A stretch of DNA of 63,468 bases, counting the filler, from Intoshia linei (taxonomy: Eukaryota > Animalia > Orthonectida), in the NCBI GenBank assembly GCA_001642005.1. It is 5 parts of 5 records of this genome, joined end to end, with 100 filler letters (N's around TTAATTAATTAA, not from the genome) between each part and the next. Parts side by side here need not be neighbours in the genome. Positions count along the whole stretch, not along the records: positions 1 to 26,388 come from LWCA01000473.1; positions 26,489 to 54,581 come from LWCA01000430.1; 3 more parts are not named here. One strand, written 5' to 3'. Under the pieces are notes generated by a model. It was not told the DNA's origin and searched no databases. It saw only the letters and a list, made by a program, of their open reading frames with translations. Shown here piece after piece: positions 12,828 through 29,897 of the stretch. Every line of letters starts with the position of its first letter. Position 1 is the first letter of the stretch. The position numbers were made by a program, and so were the translations under genes.

Positions 12828-13254
12828 ATGTATAGATTATTTGCATGTTAAATAAATCATTAACCCAAATTTTATCGATAATTTTAATATTTGTAAATAA
12901 AGTGAACATTTATTATCTACCACTATTTGAATTTGTTATTCTTTCAAAAATTATATTTATTTTCATATAAACCTGATATTCGGTATAAACGCAAAATTTA
13001 TTTTTTTATTTTCGTCGCGAATCCCATTTAAAAAACATTCAAGTTAATAAATTAAACATTAATAAATTAATTTATTGTAAATTTTTGGACATATCTATTT
13101 TCATTAAGAATTGGTCACCTTAATCTTTTCATTTTTGTATCATTTACCTTTCTAGGGGTTAGCGATGACACACCACAACCTAAAAACACATTTTCTACTT
13201 TTTATTTTATATTTCTATATTACATTTCACATTTCTTTTTACATCATTACTCAC

Positions 13255-14103
13255 ATATAATACTTGCATATAATATGCTACACAATTTTTGTTTGTGTGT
13301 CTGTGTTCCACTTTATTTAAATAACTACCCGTCTTAGAATTTTATAAAGTCCACATTTCAATTACAGTTTTTTCCCGGGTGTGCGCAAATATAATTTGAA
13401 TCTCTTAATTTCACATCTTACGGGTCAAAAACCCCAAATTACCCTTCTTTTTTTAATGAAAACAGCCCTAGAATTTCAGGTGGTAAAGTTGTATCCTATT
13501 AACATACACAAAAAAATTCAATCCGAATAAGTGACGACTTCACGGTCAAAAAAGCATTTTAGTTTCATTTTTTTTTCCGAAGTATTTTATTAAAACAAAA
13601 AATGTGAAATAATTAATGGTCCGAAAATTAAAAAAACAATTATTCTGATAGAGATTATTCCAGTTAATATAAATAAAAAAGTTCAATCCGAGAAATCTAC
13701 GCATTCCCGATGAAAAATAAATTTCAATAGATTATGAACCAATATTTTTCAAATATTTCGATAAAATAAAAATTGAAAATGTAAATATTGATGCTACAAT
13801 TTCAAAAAAAATGTGCATTGTAACATCTACACATTTTCAATAAAGAAATATGGGTGAAAATCTATATAATTTATTTTTTCGGAATTCTTTTCATTGCTAC
13901 GCAATTTTTATATTTCAAATTGTCATTTTTAAAACATTTTTAATAAAATTTAACATGTAAATAGAAACTACAACAACGAAACTAAAAGTAATACAACTTT
14001 GTTAGTATCATTTTTATATTTATTACAATCCTTTGTAATTTTGGTAAAATTCGACTGAAATATGTTTATAAAGTGAAGATTCGGTTAATTATTGATACAT
14101 AAT
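13255..14103 (+). mobile_element. Non-autonomous Helitron, long copy
   Basis: Family 5' block. The segment at 13970-14103 matches 53790-53910 in another copy. Confidence 0.65.
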
Positions 14104-14229
14104 GGTACACACTTTATTCACTCTAATTTAATACATCAAAACAATCATAATAATAAAGTCTGATAAACTATACTTATTCCATGGCAGTTGATAAAATTTC
14201 AAAACTTGATAAATTTTAAGCAAACACAG

Positions 14230-17661
<3,432 letters not shown>

Positions 17662-17746
17662 TATGGAATCAATGAAAAAAAAGAAAACTTTGATAAATTT
17701 TAATTTAGTTACTAAAAATGATTTAAATTAAATTTTAATTTTTACA

Positions 17747-18242
17747 TTACATGGTTGTGTCAGTTTCTTTTAAAGTTTCGTCTTTATTTTCTTCCAAAAT
17801 CAATTTTTTATATTCTTTTTGAATTCTCAAATTTTGAGGTATTTTTTCTAATTTAACTGTAATTTTCAAGGATTTTTCATATTTTCATAGTAAAAATGTT
17901 AATTTTTAAAAAAGTATAAAAGGGTTTTTAAACATTTTACCTAAATCCGTGTCCACTTAAAGAAAATTTCAATTTTTAAAGGTTCAACGAAAATTTTGTC
18001 GTTAGACCCAACATGGAATCATTACTTTTATAAAGTTAAAGACAATTTATCAAATCAATCAAAATGATTTAAATGATAAAAATGTATTTATTATAAATCA
18101 ACATGATAGAAAACTTACTTATGCTGGTATATAGTACAAATCCACTTTGAAACAAAAAAAAAGATGAAATTGCGATAATACCAACTGTAACTGATTTAGA
18201 AAATACGTCGTATACACGATTCTTTGTCCAGGGACGAGCCAT
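17747..18242 (-). CDS. Small single-pass membrane protein (77 aa), possibly COX14-like
   Basis: Two exons (18242-18119, 17856-17747) joined in frame by GTAAG..TACAG. Sequence MARPWTKNRVYDVFSK, then a hydrophobic helix and a charged tail. The family assignment is a recollected resemblance only. Confidence 0.55.
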
Positions 18243-19138
18243 TTGCAAGTTTTTTCTGATCAAATTTGACAATAAAGTTATCAATATGTTTTAGCAATAG
18301 TCGTCAAGTTTTTAAGGTTTATATACGAAACAACAAACAGTAGTCTGTCGAGGGCGTAAGTTAATATAAATATTTTCAATTACATTATTATGGTATTAAA
18401 TTCATTGTACAATTTTTTTAGGTTGATACACATCATCTTAGAAACAACATAACAAAAAATTTTATGGCGAACATTATGAATTTTAAAATAAAAATGAAAT
18501 TTAAACACATATTTCTGTATTTCAAATATGTATAGTCAATACCCTCTTTTTTCAAAGTGTAGAATGATTATTTTCATTTTTAATTCAAAAATTTGGTTGA
18601 TATTATTTTAAAAGTAATTTTTCACCGGGAATACGTAGATTTCTGAGGTTAGAATTTTGTATCTATATCAATTGGAAAAATCTGTATCATAGTACCATTA
18701 ATTATTCCATAGTTTTTATTTTAATGTTAATAAAAAAAAAGAAAGAGTAAATTTACAATTTATTGAAAACTCCTTTTTAATCGTGAAGGTTCAACTTTAT
18801 GACATTGAAATTTTTTTATATATGCAAAATGGAAATAGCAGTATTAAATATGATATATAAAATTCTAGGATTATTAGTTTTTTTAAATTATAAAACTCGT
18901 TTGATTTAAAAAAAAAAGGATAATAGGTTTATGACCCGAAGTAATCAATTCTGAAAAAGAAATTAGCGATAAAGCCTCAATCTCGAAAAACTGTATTAGA
19001 AATCGTGGTTTTTAGAACTATACGCCTCTTACTTGAATTAAATGTTATAAATAAATACACCAAAATATATTTTTGAAACAATATAAGAATTAACCATAAA
19101 ATAAAACTTTAGTATATACACTTTACAAAAGGGTAGGT

Positions 19139-22100
19139 TTAGACACGTAAAATTTGCACGCAATTGTTAAAACAAATGGATATCCAATCCGAATTAATTT
19201 CATTCCATTGAATTTGATTGATTTCATCTGAGGCTGTGTAGCAGAGAATTGGATCTGTATTAGTTTTACACATTACCTTTTGTGTGTCCCAAATAAAAGC
19301 CCTTTTATCACTTCCTAGAAATGTTATTTAAAAAAAAATTATAATCAAAAAACGTACCAACACTACAGAGATAATTATTGGACCTTGGCGCCCAAGCTAA
19401 TCCATTAATGCAAGATTGATGATTAGTCAATTCAGCAATAGGTCTTCTTGTCATACGAGTATCGATTAAAATAGCCTAAATATTCAATTATTAAATAAGT
19501 AACAATATTTAAAAAATAACAAACTTCATTGGAAGCAACAGAAAAGGTTGCAATATAATTGGAATCAAAACGATTCCAGTAAATCCTAAGTAAAGGAAAT
19601 CTATTTTTGTGTTCATGAACAATATTTGAATGAGCCAAATTACGCAAATCGAATATTCTTATCGAACCATCGGCACCTTTAAAAATTTCAATAGAAAACA
19701 ACTAATAATACCTGAAGTTCCAAAAATGTCCCTTCCTGAACCTTGAGTACTAAACGCAACATCGTATACTTCCTTTTCATGTGCAATAAGTTGTTTATAA
19801 ACTTGATATCCTAAGGGGACATGAGATATAGCTTGTTGGGTCTAAGAAAATAAAGAAATTTTAATTCATTAAATACTTCGATCGACCATATTGTACAAGT
19901 TGTATCAATACTTGCAGTAACTACTAATGAAGGGTCCAATCGATTCCAATCAAATGAAGTTAATGGAGCACAAAGTGTAGGATGTCGATTCTAAAATAAT
20001 ATTCAATAAGATAAAGAATATAAGACTGATAAAATAATTCCCACCCAAGTCAGTCACCCAATCAAAGAAAAAAATCAGTTTAAAATGTAAACACTTTGCT
20101 TGTAACTTAGCAATGAAAAAAATCCGAAGGAATCAATTATATAGATTTCCACCCATATTTCTTTATTGAAAATGTATAGGCATTCAATGATCATTTTTTT
20201 TGAAATTGTAGGATGATTATTTTTCACCGGGTATGCATAGATGTCTGGGTTAAAATTTTGTATTTATATCAAATGAAATAATATATTAAAAAAATAAATA
20301 TTAATGTGCTTTTTTGACAATGAAGGAGTCACTTTATCAGACGGAAATTTTTTGTGTGTATTAACTAGATATAACTGTATTATCCGTAATTTTTTTTAAA
20401 TTTTAAAGCTTTTTTCATTTTTAAAAAAAAAGGGTAATCTGAATTTTTGACTGTAAAAATTATATTTTTTGAAGTTACCATTAAGGATAATGCTTATGAA
20501 TTTAAAAACCATCCTAGAATTTATGTTGTATAAAATTCTAGCACTTTCTTAATTTTTACAACAAAGGGTAATTTGTGGTTTTGGCCGTGAAAATATAAAA
20601 TTTTGAAATTGAAAAATATAATATTGATGAATTTAAAACTTTTTATTAGAATGTGTATTTTTTATAATTCTAGAATGGGTTTGAATTTAAAAACAAAGGT
20701 CAATTAGGGTTTTTAACCTTGAAGGACTCAATTTCTGAAATTAAAATTTACGATAAAACATTAATCTGGAAAAACTGTTATAAGAATATGGAATTTGTAA
20801 AACTCGATTCCCTTTACTTTCTTAAATAAATAAAAATTTTTAACCATTTTACTTTATATAAGTAAGAATAGGAAACTACAATGTGGATCTAACTGAGCGC
20901 AATGTTGCTTCACCGCTGTCGGACGTGTTGTACGCATGCTATTTTTCAAAAATTCTATCCAAATTAATGTAGCATTAAAATAAAATAAAATTTTTTAAAA
21001 AATGTTTAAACAGAAAAAGGTGTTTTTCAAATAGAATAAAAAAATAATACAGCCAAACCTCAATTTAACGAACAGCAACTTACATGAAAATTTTTTATTC
21101 GTTAAAAAAAAGTTAACGAACAAACAAATTTATTTTTAATTAATTTATTTTTTTATAAAAATCACATATTGTTTTGGGTCTTTTTTTAATATAGTTTCTT
21201 TCACGGTTTGTAATGCGATTAAGTCATTCAAGTTCACTTCTAGAATCGATGAATTCATCGTCACTATAATCGGTTTCATCATACGCAGGGAATTCATCTG
21301 TGACTTTTCCATCATTTTCCACAAGATTTATCACTATTTGATAAAACATATGTTCTATAAATAAAATTTTTGAAAAACAGGCCTGTCGCGTCGCAATTAT
21401 AAATGTCCATAAGACTATATTTCTCTCCTTTACTTCTAAAAAAATCTGAAAAAACTTCAAATTCATTTGTATTAACAAGACCTGCCTCACCAGTAATAAC
21501 ACAAGAAAGAATATTATGACGTTTTTGAAAACAGGAAAACAAACCATTTGAAGCTCTGAAATTGGGTTTTTTTAGCCGTTTCCCGATTTTAAGAGCCATT
21601 GTTTAAATCATATTTCCTAAAATAATAAAATTTTTCGATCTTTTTCGAACAAACCACTCATATACTAGTTTTTCTATTTCAGCGGTTGCAAAATTAACAA
21701 ACATGCGTTTGTCCTCAATAAAAATAAATATATTTTTTTTAATTTTTGAAAAATTGTTTGTTAAAAAATAATTGCTGTTTGTTCGTTAATAAATTTAATT
21801 TTTTATAGTACCAGTATATCCATATATTATTAATATTTTGTTTGTTCGTTAAAAGATATTTTTATCATGTTGTTCGTTAAATTGAGGTTTGACTGTATGT
21901 CGCACGTGTTTTTCTGCGACACCTCAATAAAAGTAAAAAAAATTTACATTAAAAATTAATTTGTAACTGTTTTAAAAAAAACCATGTTAATATGGAGGCT
22001 ACTGAAATTACTTCTTGTTACAGTTTTTCAAGATTGATATTTTCCAGCAAGTTTCATTTTCATTTTCATAAATTGAGTCTTTCATGGTCAAAAACAAAAT

Positions 22101-23091
22101 TTTGTCTTTTTTTTTAAAAATACAAAAAACACTAAAATTTAAAAAAACATGAATTCTTGGACATATTTTCAAGTCATTAACATTGTCGTCAATCTCTGCA
22201 TTATAAACGTATATATCCATAATCAAAACTACAATTTACCTATTTTTTAAAAAATAAAACAACCCTAAAATTTAAAAAAAAATAAATTTTGAGACGCATT
22301 TTGAAGTCACTAACATTGTCGTCAATCACTACATCATAAACGTATATATTCATGGTCAAAACCATAAATTACTTTTTTTTTAAATTACAGTTCATACAGT
22401 TATATCCAACTTAACACACACAAAAAATGTAAATGTCACAAAGTGATACCAACCCGTTAAAAAAAGAACTTTGGTTACTATTTTATTAACATTTAGTAAT
22501 TAAAAAAAATGTTAGTAAAATAAAAAAAATTCAATAACAATTATACAAGGGTATATTATCTGATCACTAAACGTTTATAAAGTCACATATCTATAAATGT
22601 TTCGTCTATTATTGCATTACGAAGCTTTTTTTAGGTATATAATAAAAACTACACTATTCAAAAGGCATTGTAATTGAGCTTCTGGTCCAACAATTTTCCA
22701 TATTCTTAAATAATCTCCAGATGCACCAATAAGGTCAGGAAAATTTCCGTTCTAATAATATCAATTAAACTTTTTCTAAAAGTAAAAAATTACGACATCA
22801 GGTATCCAATGAATTTTTGTTGCAGGGTACGGATGGTCAAAACATATCAATTCAGTAATTTCGTTAGTTTGACTACATAAATGTGTTATTCGTATCTAAA
22901 TTTATTCAAAATTAAAGCAATGTTGAAAATTATGAAATTACCTTATTATTGTAATCATCTATAAATGAACCTACAGCAAGTTTAAGTATTTTGTCATTTC
23001 TGAATGACCAGTTACATGCATATATGGGAGATGGAAAACGATATTGGTAAACTCTTTGTTGGTTTAAGGATAAATTGTACGGTGCATTCAT
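19139..23091 (-). CDS. DCAF7: DDB1- and CUL4-associated factor 7 (WDR68/HAN11)
   Basis: [78 protein letters not shown], and terminal QILRV*. Confidence 0.95.
20140..20860 (-). mobile_element. Helitron-family repeat in DCAF7 intron (related degraded copies at 18480-19060 on - and 21975-22470 on +)
   Basis: Reverse-complement matches to blocks in the copies at 13255 and 37850. Confidence 0.55.
21050..21895 (-). mobile_element. pogo/Tigger-type element, internally deleted
   Basis: TA TSD and TIR CAG(C/T)CAAACCTCAATTTAACGAAC. CENP-B-like HTH (F.ASNG...F.KRH) and [11 protein letters not shown]. Confidence 0.88.
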
Positions 23092-24713
23092 TTTTATAGA
23101 CCTTTCATTATTGTAAATAATTCTCTAGCGCCTACAAAAATATAATAAAATCCATGACTATAGTTGTCACGTTTTACATTTGTTTTGAATGTATATTTGT
23201 TTTAAACTTTAAATGTTTGTAACGTTTATGAGACTAGTCTTTACAATTATTTTATAATGCATATATTATAATTTATTTATAATGCAATTCATTTTAATTT
23301 ACATTACATTAATTTGTTCATCGAAATTCCGAAAAATTTAAATTATTATTAAAGTAACTTAATTTTAATTAACAAATTTATTTATTATACAAATAAATGT
23401 ATGGGAAAAATATTCAAATTTATTGATATTTATGTGAACTAAACTAATTAAATGTACGCATTCAACGATTCCGTGGACGTATATTTGAAAGATTATAATT
23501 CTAGAAAGTTGCTTATAAATACAAACTATTTAGGTGGGATACGATTTAATCTATTAATGTAAAGTGGTCAGAAAAATGCGTACTATCACTTTTAGTTTAT
23601 TAACCCTTACGAGACAATTGCATGTATAGATGCCAAAAACTACACATAAATCTACATTGGTTTGTATACAAATCATAATAAGGCGGTACCAATATAAATT
23701 TTGAACAAATTACTGCTCATACAATAACATGTAATATGCGTAAAAATTAATTTTATTATCAATGTTTACTTTGTGTCAACAATAAAATAACCTAACAAAA
23801 GTGTTGAAACTTAAAATTTCAAAAAATTCTCAAAACAACCTAGTTAAAAAGAAAATTTTATTTAGAACCATTCAAATTTATTTTAAAAAAACCTAAAAAA
23901 AGTGGAAAACTGAAAATTTGATCAAAAATAAAATTGTATAAAATTTAATAGCCATAATTTAAATTTTTTTAAAAATCCATCACATAGTTGGATATAAATG
24001 AAATTTAATTTTTTTTACCTTATTGTAGTTATCAGTTGCAAACTTTATATATCAGATACCATATTTTGTGTCTGGACTAGAGCAACCATTGTCAATTTGT
24101 CGATAAATACAGTAACTGTTTATCGACAAAAATGATAATTTTCAGTTTTACGTTAGCAATTTTTATTTATTTTGGTGATTTTAATGCTTTATCACCTCAA
24201 TTTTTATTATTAATTATTGTCATTAAAATTCATATTTATAATGCAAAACAGTTTTTTAATTAATTAAACATAATTTTAATAAATTTATTTAATAAAATTT
24301 CACATCAGCTTTTATTTCATATTTCTCTAAATTTATCAATCGCGTTGATGTTCTATTTCAACGTTGGCTTCTATCATTTATTTCTATATCGTCTCATCCT
24401 TATATATATTATTTATTATCGATATTTTTGTTTAAAGACCGTTAAAAAAACGTTAAAGAATTTGCCAGTTGCTATCAAAATTTTTCAGTAACTAACACCA
24501 ATGAAACTCATTTCTCCAAATTAAAAAAATGAAAAATTATACTCTTCAATATCATAGCTTGAATATTTTGTATGATAAGTTTAAAATATCGAGTCAAGAG
24601 GCTGAGACAAGAAATGAATAATTCGGCTAGGTTAAATTTTTATCATTTTTTTTAATTTTAGATTTAATATTTTTAATATTTATTACAGAGTTAATTTATC
24701 CTAATGCCTAGAC

Positions 24714-25015
24714 CATTGGTTCTCAACCCGTGTTCCGTGAAATATAAATGCGATATTTTTCAATTTAATGTTTTTCTAAATTACTGTTGTTTTTAATTTT
24801 AATTTTACATAAATATATTCATTTCATCATTCAAAATACATTTCATTATTAAAAAATTTATGTGTTTTCAATATTAGAAACGTAATTTTTTCATTAAAAA
24901 TTAAATTGTTTTATATATGCGACATACAAAAAAAATTTTGATTATGCTTTAAGATGCCGCGATTTTTTGAAAGTTCATAAGGGTTCCGCGCAGTAAAAAA
25001 GATTGAGAAACACTG
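24714..25015. mobile_element. hAT MITE
   Basis: TSD GCCTAGAC/ACCTAGAC. Ends CATTGGTTCTCAAC / GATTGAGAAACACTG. Confidence 0.75.
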
Positions 25016-25459
25016 ACCTAGACAAACGATACATTATTATCTCAAAAACCCCACCATTAATAAAATTTAATAAAAAATACCATTTAAAACCTTATGATTA
25101 AAAATCGACTTATTAACAACTACCAAATAAAAATCCAATTTTATCAATCCTTAAATGAAAAATACCATTTTTCAAAATCTTAGGAACAACAAATATAATT
25201 TAATAAAAATCGTTTATAAACAATTATCAATAGAGCATTCATAATTATCAATTTAAATTAAATTTTAATGTTAATGTCAAATTTAAATTTTATTAACCAA
25301 TTAATCGAAAATCATTCCCTAGTATATCATTGTTTCGAAACCGTGCGGCTATGCACCACTAGTGGGGCCTGACGAAACTTTTAGTGGGCCAGGGAAATTT
25401 CACGAATTTATTTGAATTATGAAAAATTTAAATTAATTTAATGTAAATTTTGTACAATA

Positions 25460-25780
25460 CTAGCTTGACTGTTATGTACTTTGTACAAACAATAGCTAGA
25501 TCTGCCGAGGAACGAGTTTTTAATTGATTTTAAGTTTTTGAAGTTGTGATTTAAAAAAATAGCCAAAATATATATTTTATAAAATGGTGTAACTTTTTCC
25601 ATTTTTTAAAAAACTGCTAATTTGGGGTTTGACCATTAAGATCTAAATAAAATCACACATAATAATGCTACTATTCACTATTACTAATCTGTTAAAGAAA
25701 TGATTCTAAACGAGTTAAAATAATTTATTATTTTTAAATTCTAGGACCATTAATTAAATTCAATTTTTTGTTTTAATGAA
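25460..25780 (-). mobile_element. Helitron 3' end fragment (similar ends at ~6930-6995 and 9002-9060)
   Basis: A|CTAG..TTGACTGTTATGTAC..GTACAAAC..CTGCCGAGG, which is the reverse of the hairpin + CTAG|T terminus. Confidence 0.65.
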
Positions 25781-25803
25781 ATAATTACCAAAAAAAGGTT
25801 TAA

Positions 25804-26388
25804 CCCTTTAATGCTAGCGCTAATAAAAATAACGTAAACACTCGCAGACGTCCATTTTTGGACGTTTTTAATCAATGAAAAAATTGTAAAGAGCAATAAA
25901 ACTTTCAAAATGTAAATTTTTATTATTTATTTGGCTATAAAAAAATATACAGAACAATCAATTAAAATAACATGCATTATAACAATTTTGGCATAGTGCA
26001 TTCACATGATCTTTACAAATACTCGCATTGCAGGAATTACATACAATTTGTGATATACTTTTCAGAGTGTGAGAAATACAAAAGTAACATCTACGTTTAC
26101 TTATTTTGCAATATAATAAGATTGTAATTTCCCTAATTTTCGCAAATATAAACGTCGAAGAATCAATGTATTTCCAGATGAATATAGAATAAAACTATTA
26201 ATTGTAACAATATTGAGTAGTCCCATGAATAAACAGTAAGGCCATCGTCTAGTCTTCCTTTTTACACTATATTCGTTACATAAAAAGTCGAGTGTATCAA
26301 CACCTCCTTTTGTATTGTTATAAAAATTAATCAAATTTGGTTTTTTCTTTTCATTGTTGTTATCCACAATAACAGTATTATGTTTTGT
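25804..26388 (-). mobile_element. piggyBac 3' end with transposase C-terminus (cut by gap)
   Basis: YNNTKGGVDTLD, YSVKRKTRRWP, N.FIL, then a Cys-rich domain. TTAA|CCCTT end. Confidence 0.88.
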
Positions 26389-26488
26389 NNNNNNNNNNNN
26401 NNNNNNNNNNNNNNNNNNNNNNNNNNNNNNNNTTAATTAATTAANNNNNNNNNNNNNNNNNNNNNNNNNNNNNNNNNNNNNNNNNNNN
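26389..26488. other. Scaffold gap with TTAATTAATTAA spacer (also 54582-54681, 60142-60241, 62103-62202)
   Basis: An identical 100-nt N/spacer/N block occurs four times. Confidence 0.97.
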
Positions 26489-27600
26489 CAATATACCTGG
26501 ATATCACCTTCAGATACATTATGACTTATTTTTAGTTCAGACTAATTTGAAAATTAAAATAATTCTCCACGTGCAAAGTTATTTTTGAACGATATTAATT
26601 TCAATACAAATGAAGACATGACACTTTTTGTTTTAATTAAATTCAATTCATCACCTTACAATTGAAGATTTATTTGGTTGAAGTTTGCATATAAATCGGA
26701 CATGTACGCAACATCACATTTTATTGATATCAAATTTTCTGTCAAAATTGGTTCTTTAGTCTTAAGGAATTCCAAAACTGTTTCATAGATACTATAAAAA
26801 CGAGTTAAACAAAGACCTTTTGACAACCACCGAACTTCAGTATGTAAAAGCAATTGACTAAAGTCTTCATTATTTTCATGACATAATTTTAAAAACAGTC
26901 ATTGATTTAATGCACTTTTCTTTATTTTATTAATAGATTTTATGACACTATTCAGAGATTCATGCAAACGGTTATTAAGATTTTTAGCTACTAAATGTTG
27001 TCGGTGAATTACACAATGAATCGCTAATACACTCGGAATAGCTTTTTTCAAATAAGAAATAAACCCACAGTGACAACCCACCATTGCAGGTGCCCCATCG
27101 GTTGCTACACTATTGATATTGTTAAGTATTATATTTTTTTCGGTGGAAAAATGCTTTAACAACACTAAAGATTGCATCTCCTTTAGTATCTGTTACCAAC
27201 TCTTTTGCAAATAATAACTCCTTATTTAATTTTTCGTCTTTAATAAATCGTACATAAGCCAACAGTAAAGATTGACCACCCGGTAGTGTTGATTCATCTA
27301 ATTGCAATGAAAATACATCCTTTTTCAATAAATCGCATAATTTATCTTCAACATCCTTACTCATTTCATTTATTTTGCGTTTTACCGTATTGTTGCTCAA
27401 AAATATTCTGTTAAGTATGTCAGTCGCTGGTTTTTTTAACATAGTTTACAAATGCATAATGGTTCACCAATGTTATATGGGTTTTCCAGATTTAGCAATC
27501 ATGAGCGAAATGTTGTAAGATGCCATCAAGTTATCGTTTTGATTTTTTATTATTATTAAACATGTTTGAAATTGGTGGTTGATTATTAAATGTATTGAAC
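26489..27600 (-). mobile_element. Frameshifted hAT (Buster/ZBED-type) transposase remnant
   Basis: SLQLDEST, TDGAPAMVG, IHCVIHRQHL, LLHTEVRWLSKG spread over several frames. Confidence 0.9.
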
Positions 27601-28040
27601 TGACAAAAAATGCTTTGGTAAAATATATTACAATACTCTACTATTGCCATAATTACATTCTATTTGTTCTTATAAAAAAATATTCTCTGGTGTGAACACC
27701 ATATAATATTTCTAATTTTTTTGTAATATGGTTTGTAGGTATAATATGGTATCTTAATAGTTCAGTTTTAACTTATGTCTGCAGTAGATGATATAACTCA
27801 AAAACAAAAACTCGATTATTCCATTAAATATTAAAATTAGTCAAAGTGGGTTTTCCTATAAGGGTTGGTAAAATTGAGATTTTTCTTTAAAGGTTTGTAA
27901 AAGTGGATGTTTCCATAAAAGTTGGAATTTTCCCTAAAGGGTTTTTAAAACCGAGATTTTCCTTTTAGAGTTGGTAAATTTTGATTTTTAGTAAAAATCG
28001 ATAGATATTAATAAAAATGGTTGGGTTTAAGAATATTCTC
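27600..28040. mobile_element. Partial Mutator-like foldback copy
   Basis: Inverted match to 483-610, a 29-bp array, and a ..GGGTTTAAGAATATTCTC tip. Confidence 0.7.
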
Positions 28041-28484
28041 ATTTTATTTAAATTTTACTGACCAAGGCAGATAGTTTTAGTCCAGTAACCACTGATCTAG
28101 GTTAAACCCAGATAAAAATGAAAAATTATTCTAGCAGTCAGAGTCAAAATCGAACCTACCCAGCTCGAGGTCACCCGAAAATAAAAAATAGGCCACTAAA
28201 AAAATTTTTAACAAACCATGCGTAATATTTTATAAACCTAGCGGCGTCTCTATAACTCTTGAGTTGATATTTTAAATTTAACACAAATAATATTTGATAT
28301 TCAAGAATATAATTTTAAAAAATGAGGCCCCCATTTTACAAAAGTTTCGTCGAATCCAGAAGAAATTCTCGAGTATGATAAGTTTGAAACTGTCCAAAGA
28401 TAAAGCAATTGACGATTCTAATTATAAAATATAAATTTAAAATATTTTTAATTACAATCAAAATAATTATACAAAAAATTAGTT

Positions 28485-29666
28485 TCATATAGTCAAATTA
28501 GAAATATTTGATTTACCAAAAAAAAAATTGCGAAATACCTAAATATAAATGTAAAAAAAACAAAACTTGTACCTTTAAAATTGGTCCAGCGTCAAACGTT
28601 TGACGTTTTTCACTCTGAACAAATAAGGAATTCATAAGGGTAACATGAAACATTGGTAAAATATCATTTTGCTGTTCCTTGAAATTGTCATCATCAAAAA
28701 GTATTTTAGATTTCTCGCATAGTTGCTTAAAACTAAACCATTTAAATTTTAAAAATATCAAACAAAATGAAACACCGTTTAAAATTATCGTCGTCAACAA
28801 TTTTCATGTATAAAACATGGGTCTGACTGGGGTCATCGGTTAAACAAGTGACACCAGAGAAACTAAGGTTGATTGATTTAATTTCTTGACTAAATAATTA
28901 TAAACATTAATTGTCATCAATTCAACTCAATCTGGCTTGTAATTTTAGAAATATCGATAGGTACATTAATATTACAGTCTTTTCTATAAAACCCTCCAAG
29001 GGTTTGATGCAATTTTTGCTCAGAAATGAATAAAGAAGGAGAAAACCCGTTAATCTAAAATAAAATTAAAAAACTAGTTTTACAATTAAAGATAAAATAT
29101 AAGCTTACCTTTTTTTTCAAATTTAACACACGTTCCTTAAAAATTATAAAATTTGAAATCAAATTGAAATCTATCAAAAAAAATTTTGGGAAAAACAAAA
29201 ATTCTCGCCTAGACATTAAACATTGCAATTCTATAAGTATTTGATCAACTACACTTTGTAGTGTAGTTTCATTATTTGAAAAAATTTCTAAAATGTAATT
29301 TAAATATAGAAAAATTTTAATGTACCCAATTTGTCCTTTGTAAAATTAAAAGAAACTGGGTAGTTATTTATAAAATTTTTAAAAAACACTTTTTGATCTT
29401 TTATTAATAACTCCAAATAAGAAGTTATGTCTAGTGATTCTTTTTTATCAAAAATTTCATTAAGGTTGTCTACATCAGTTAGGTCGTTGCAATCCACGTT
29501 TGTACTTTTTAGTTGAAATTTATCTAATGTTTTAAATTTTAAGCCTGTAAAGAGACTGAAAGTTGAGTAATAAAATTTGATAAACCAAACCTATGTTTGT
29601 AGGGTTAACTCTATAACATCTGTTATTATATTCAATAATTTTTGGATTCAAAATTTCTTTGTTCAT
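28485..29666 (-). CDS. ASCC1: Activating signal cointegrator 1 complex subunit 1 (2H phosphoesterase), 7 exons
   Basis: N-terminus EILNPKIIEYNNRCYRVNP. KLHQTLG and FHVTLMNSLF (two HxT motifs), TDDPSQTHVLY, RQTFDAGPILK, VFRNFFFG. Confidence 0.85.
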
Positions 29667-29897
29667 TTAAAATTAAATTATTTCAACTTTAAATGGTTTA
29701 TTCAAATTGTTTATGACAAAATAGAAATTGTTTCAAAATAAAATAAACTTGGGTTTATTAAAATTGTCAATTAGAATTTACAACACATATTATATAAATA
29801 TAACTTTAAAGTTGTAAATAATAATCGTTTACCCTAGAAACAATAACAAATTATAGTTTAAAATTTCGCTCATCACGTTATAAAGAATATAAAGGCA
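29667..29897. promoter_or_regulatory. Probable bidirectional promoter ASCC1/RPS10
   Basis: Only 231 bp separate the divergent ATGs. No motif evidence. Confidence 0.5.

Noticed and set aside
24097-24130. Hairpin TTGTCGATAAA..TTTATCGACAA
   Set aside because: Single short inverted repeat in AT-rich DNA with no family or RNA-gene context.
26389-26488. TTAATTAATTAA motif inside N runs (four places)
   Set aside because: Artificial contig-join spacer, not biology.
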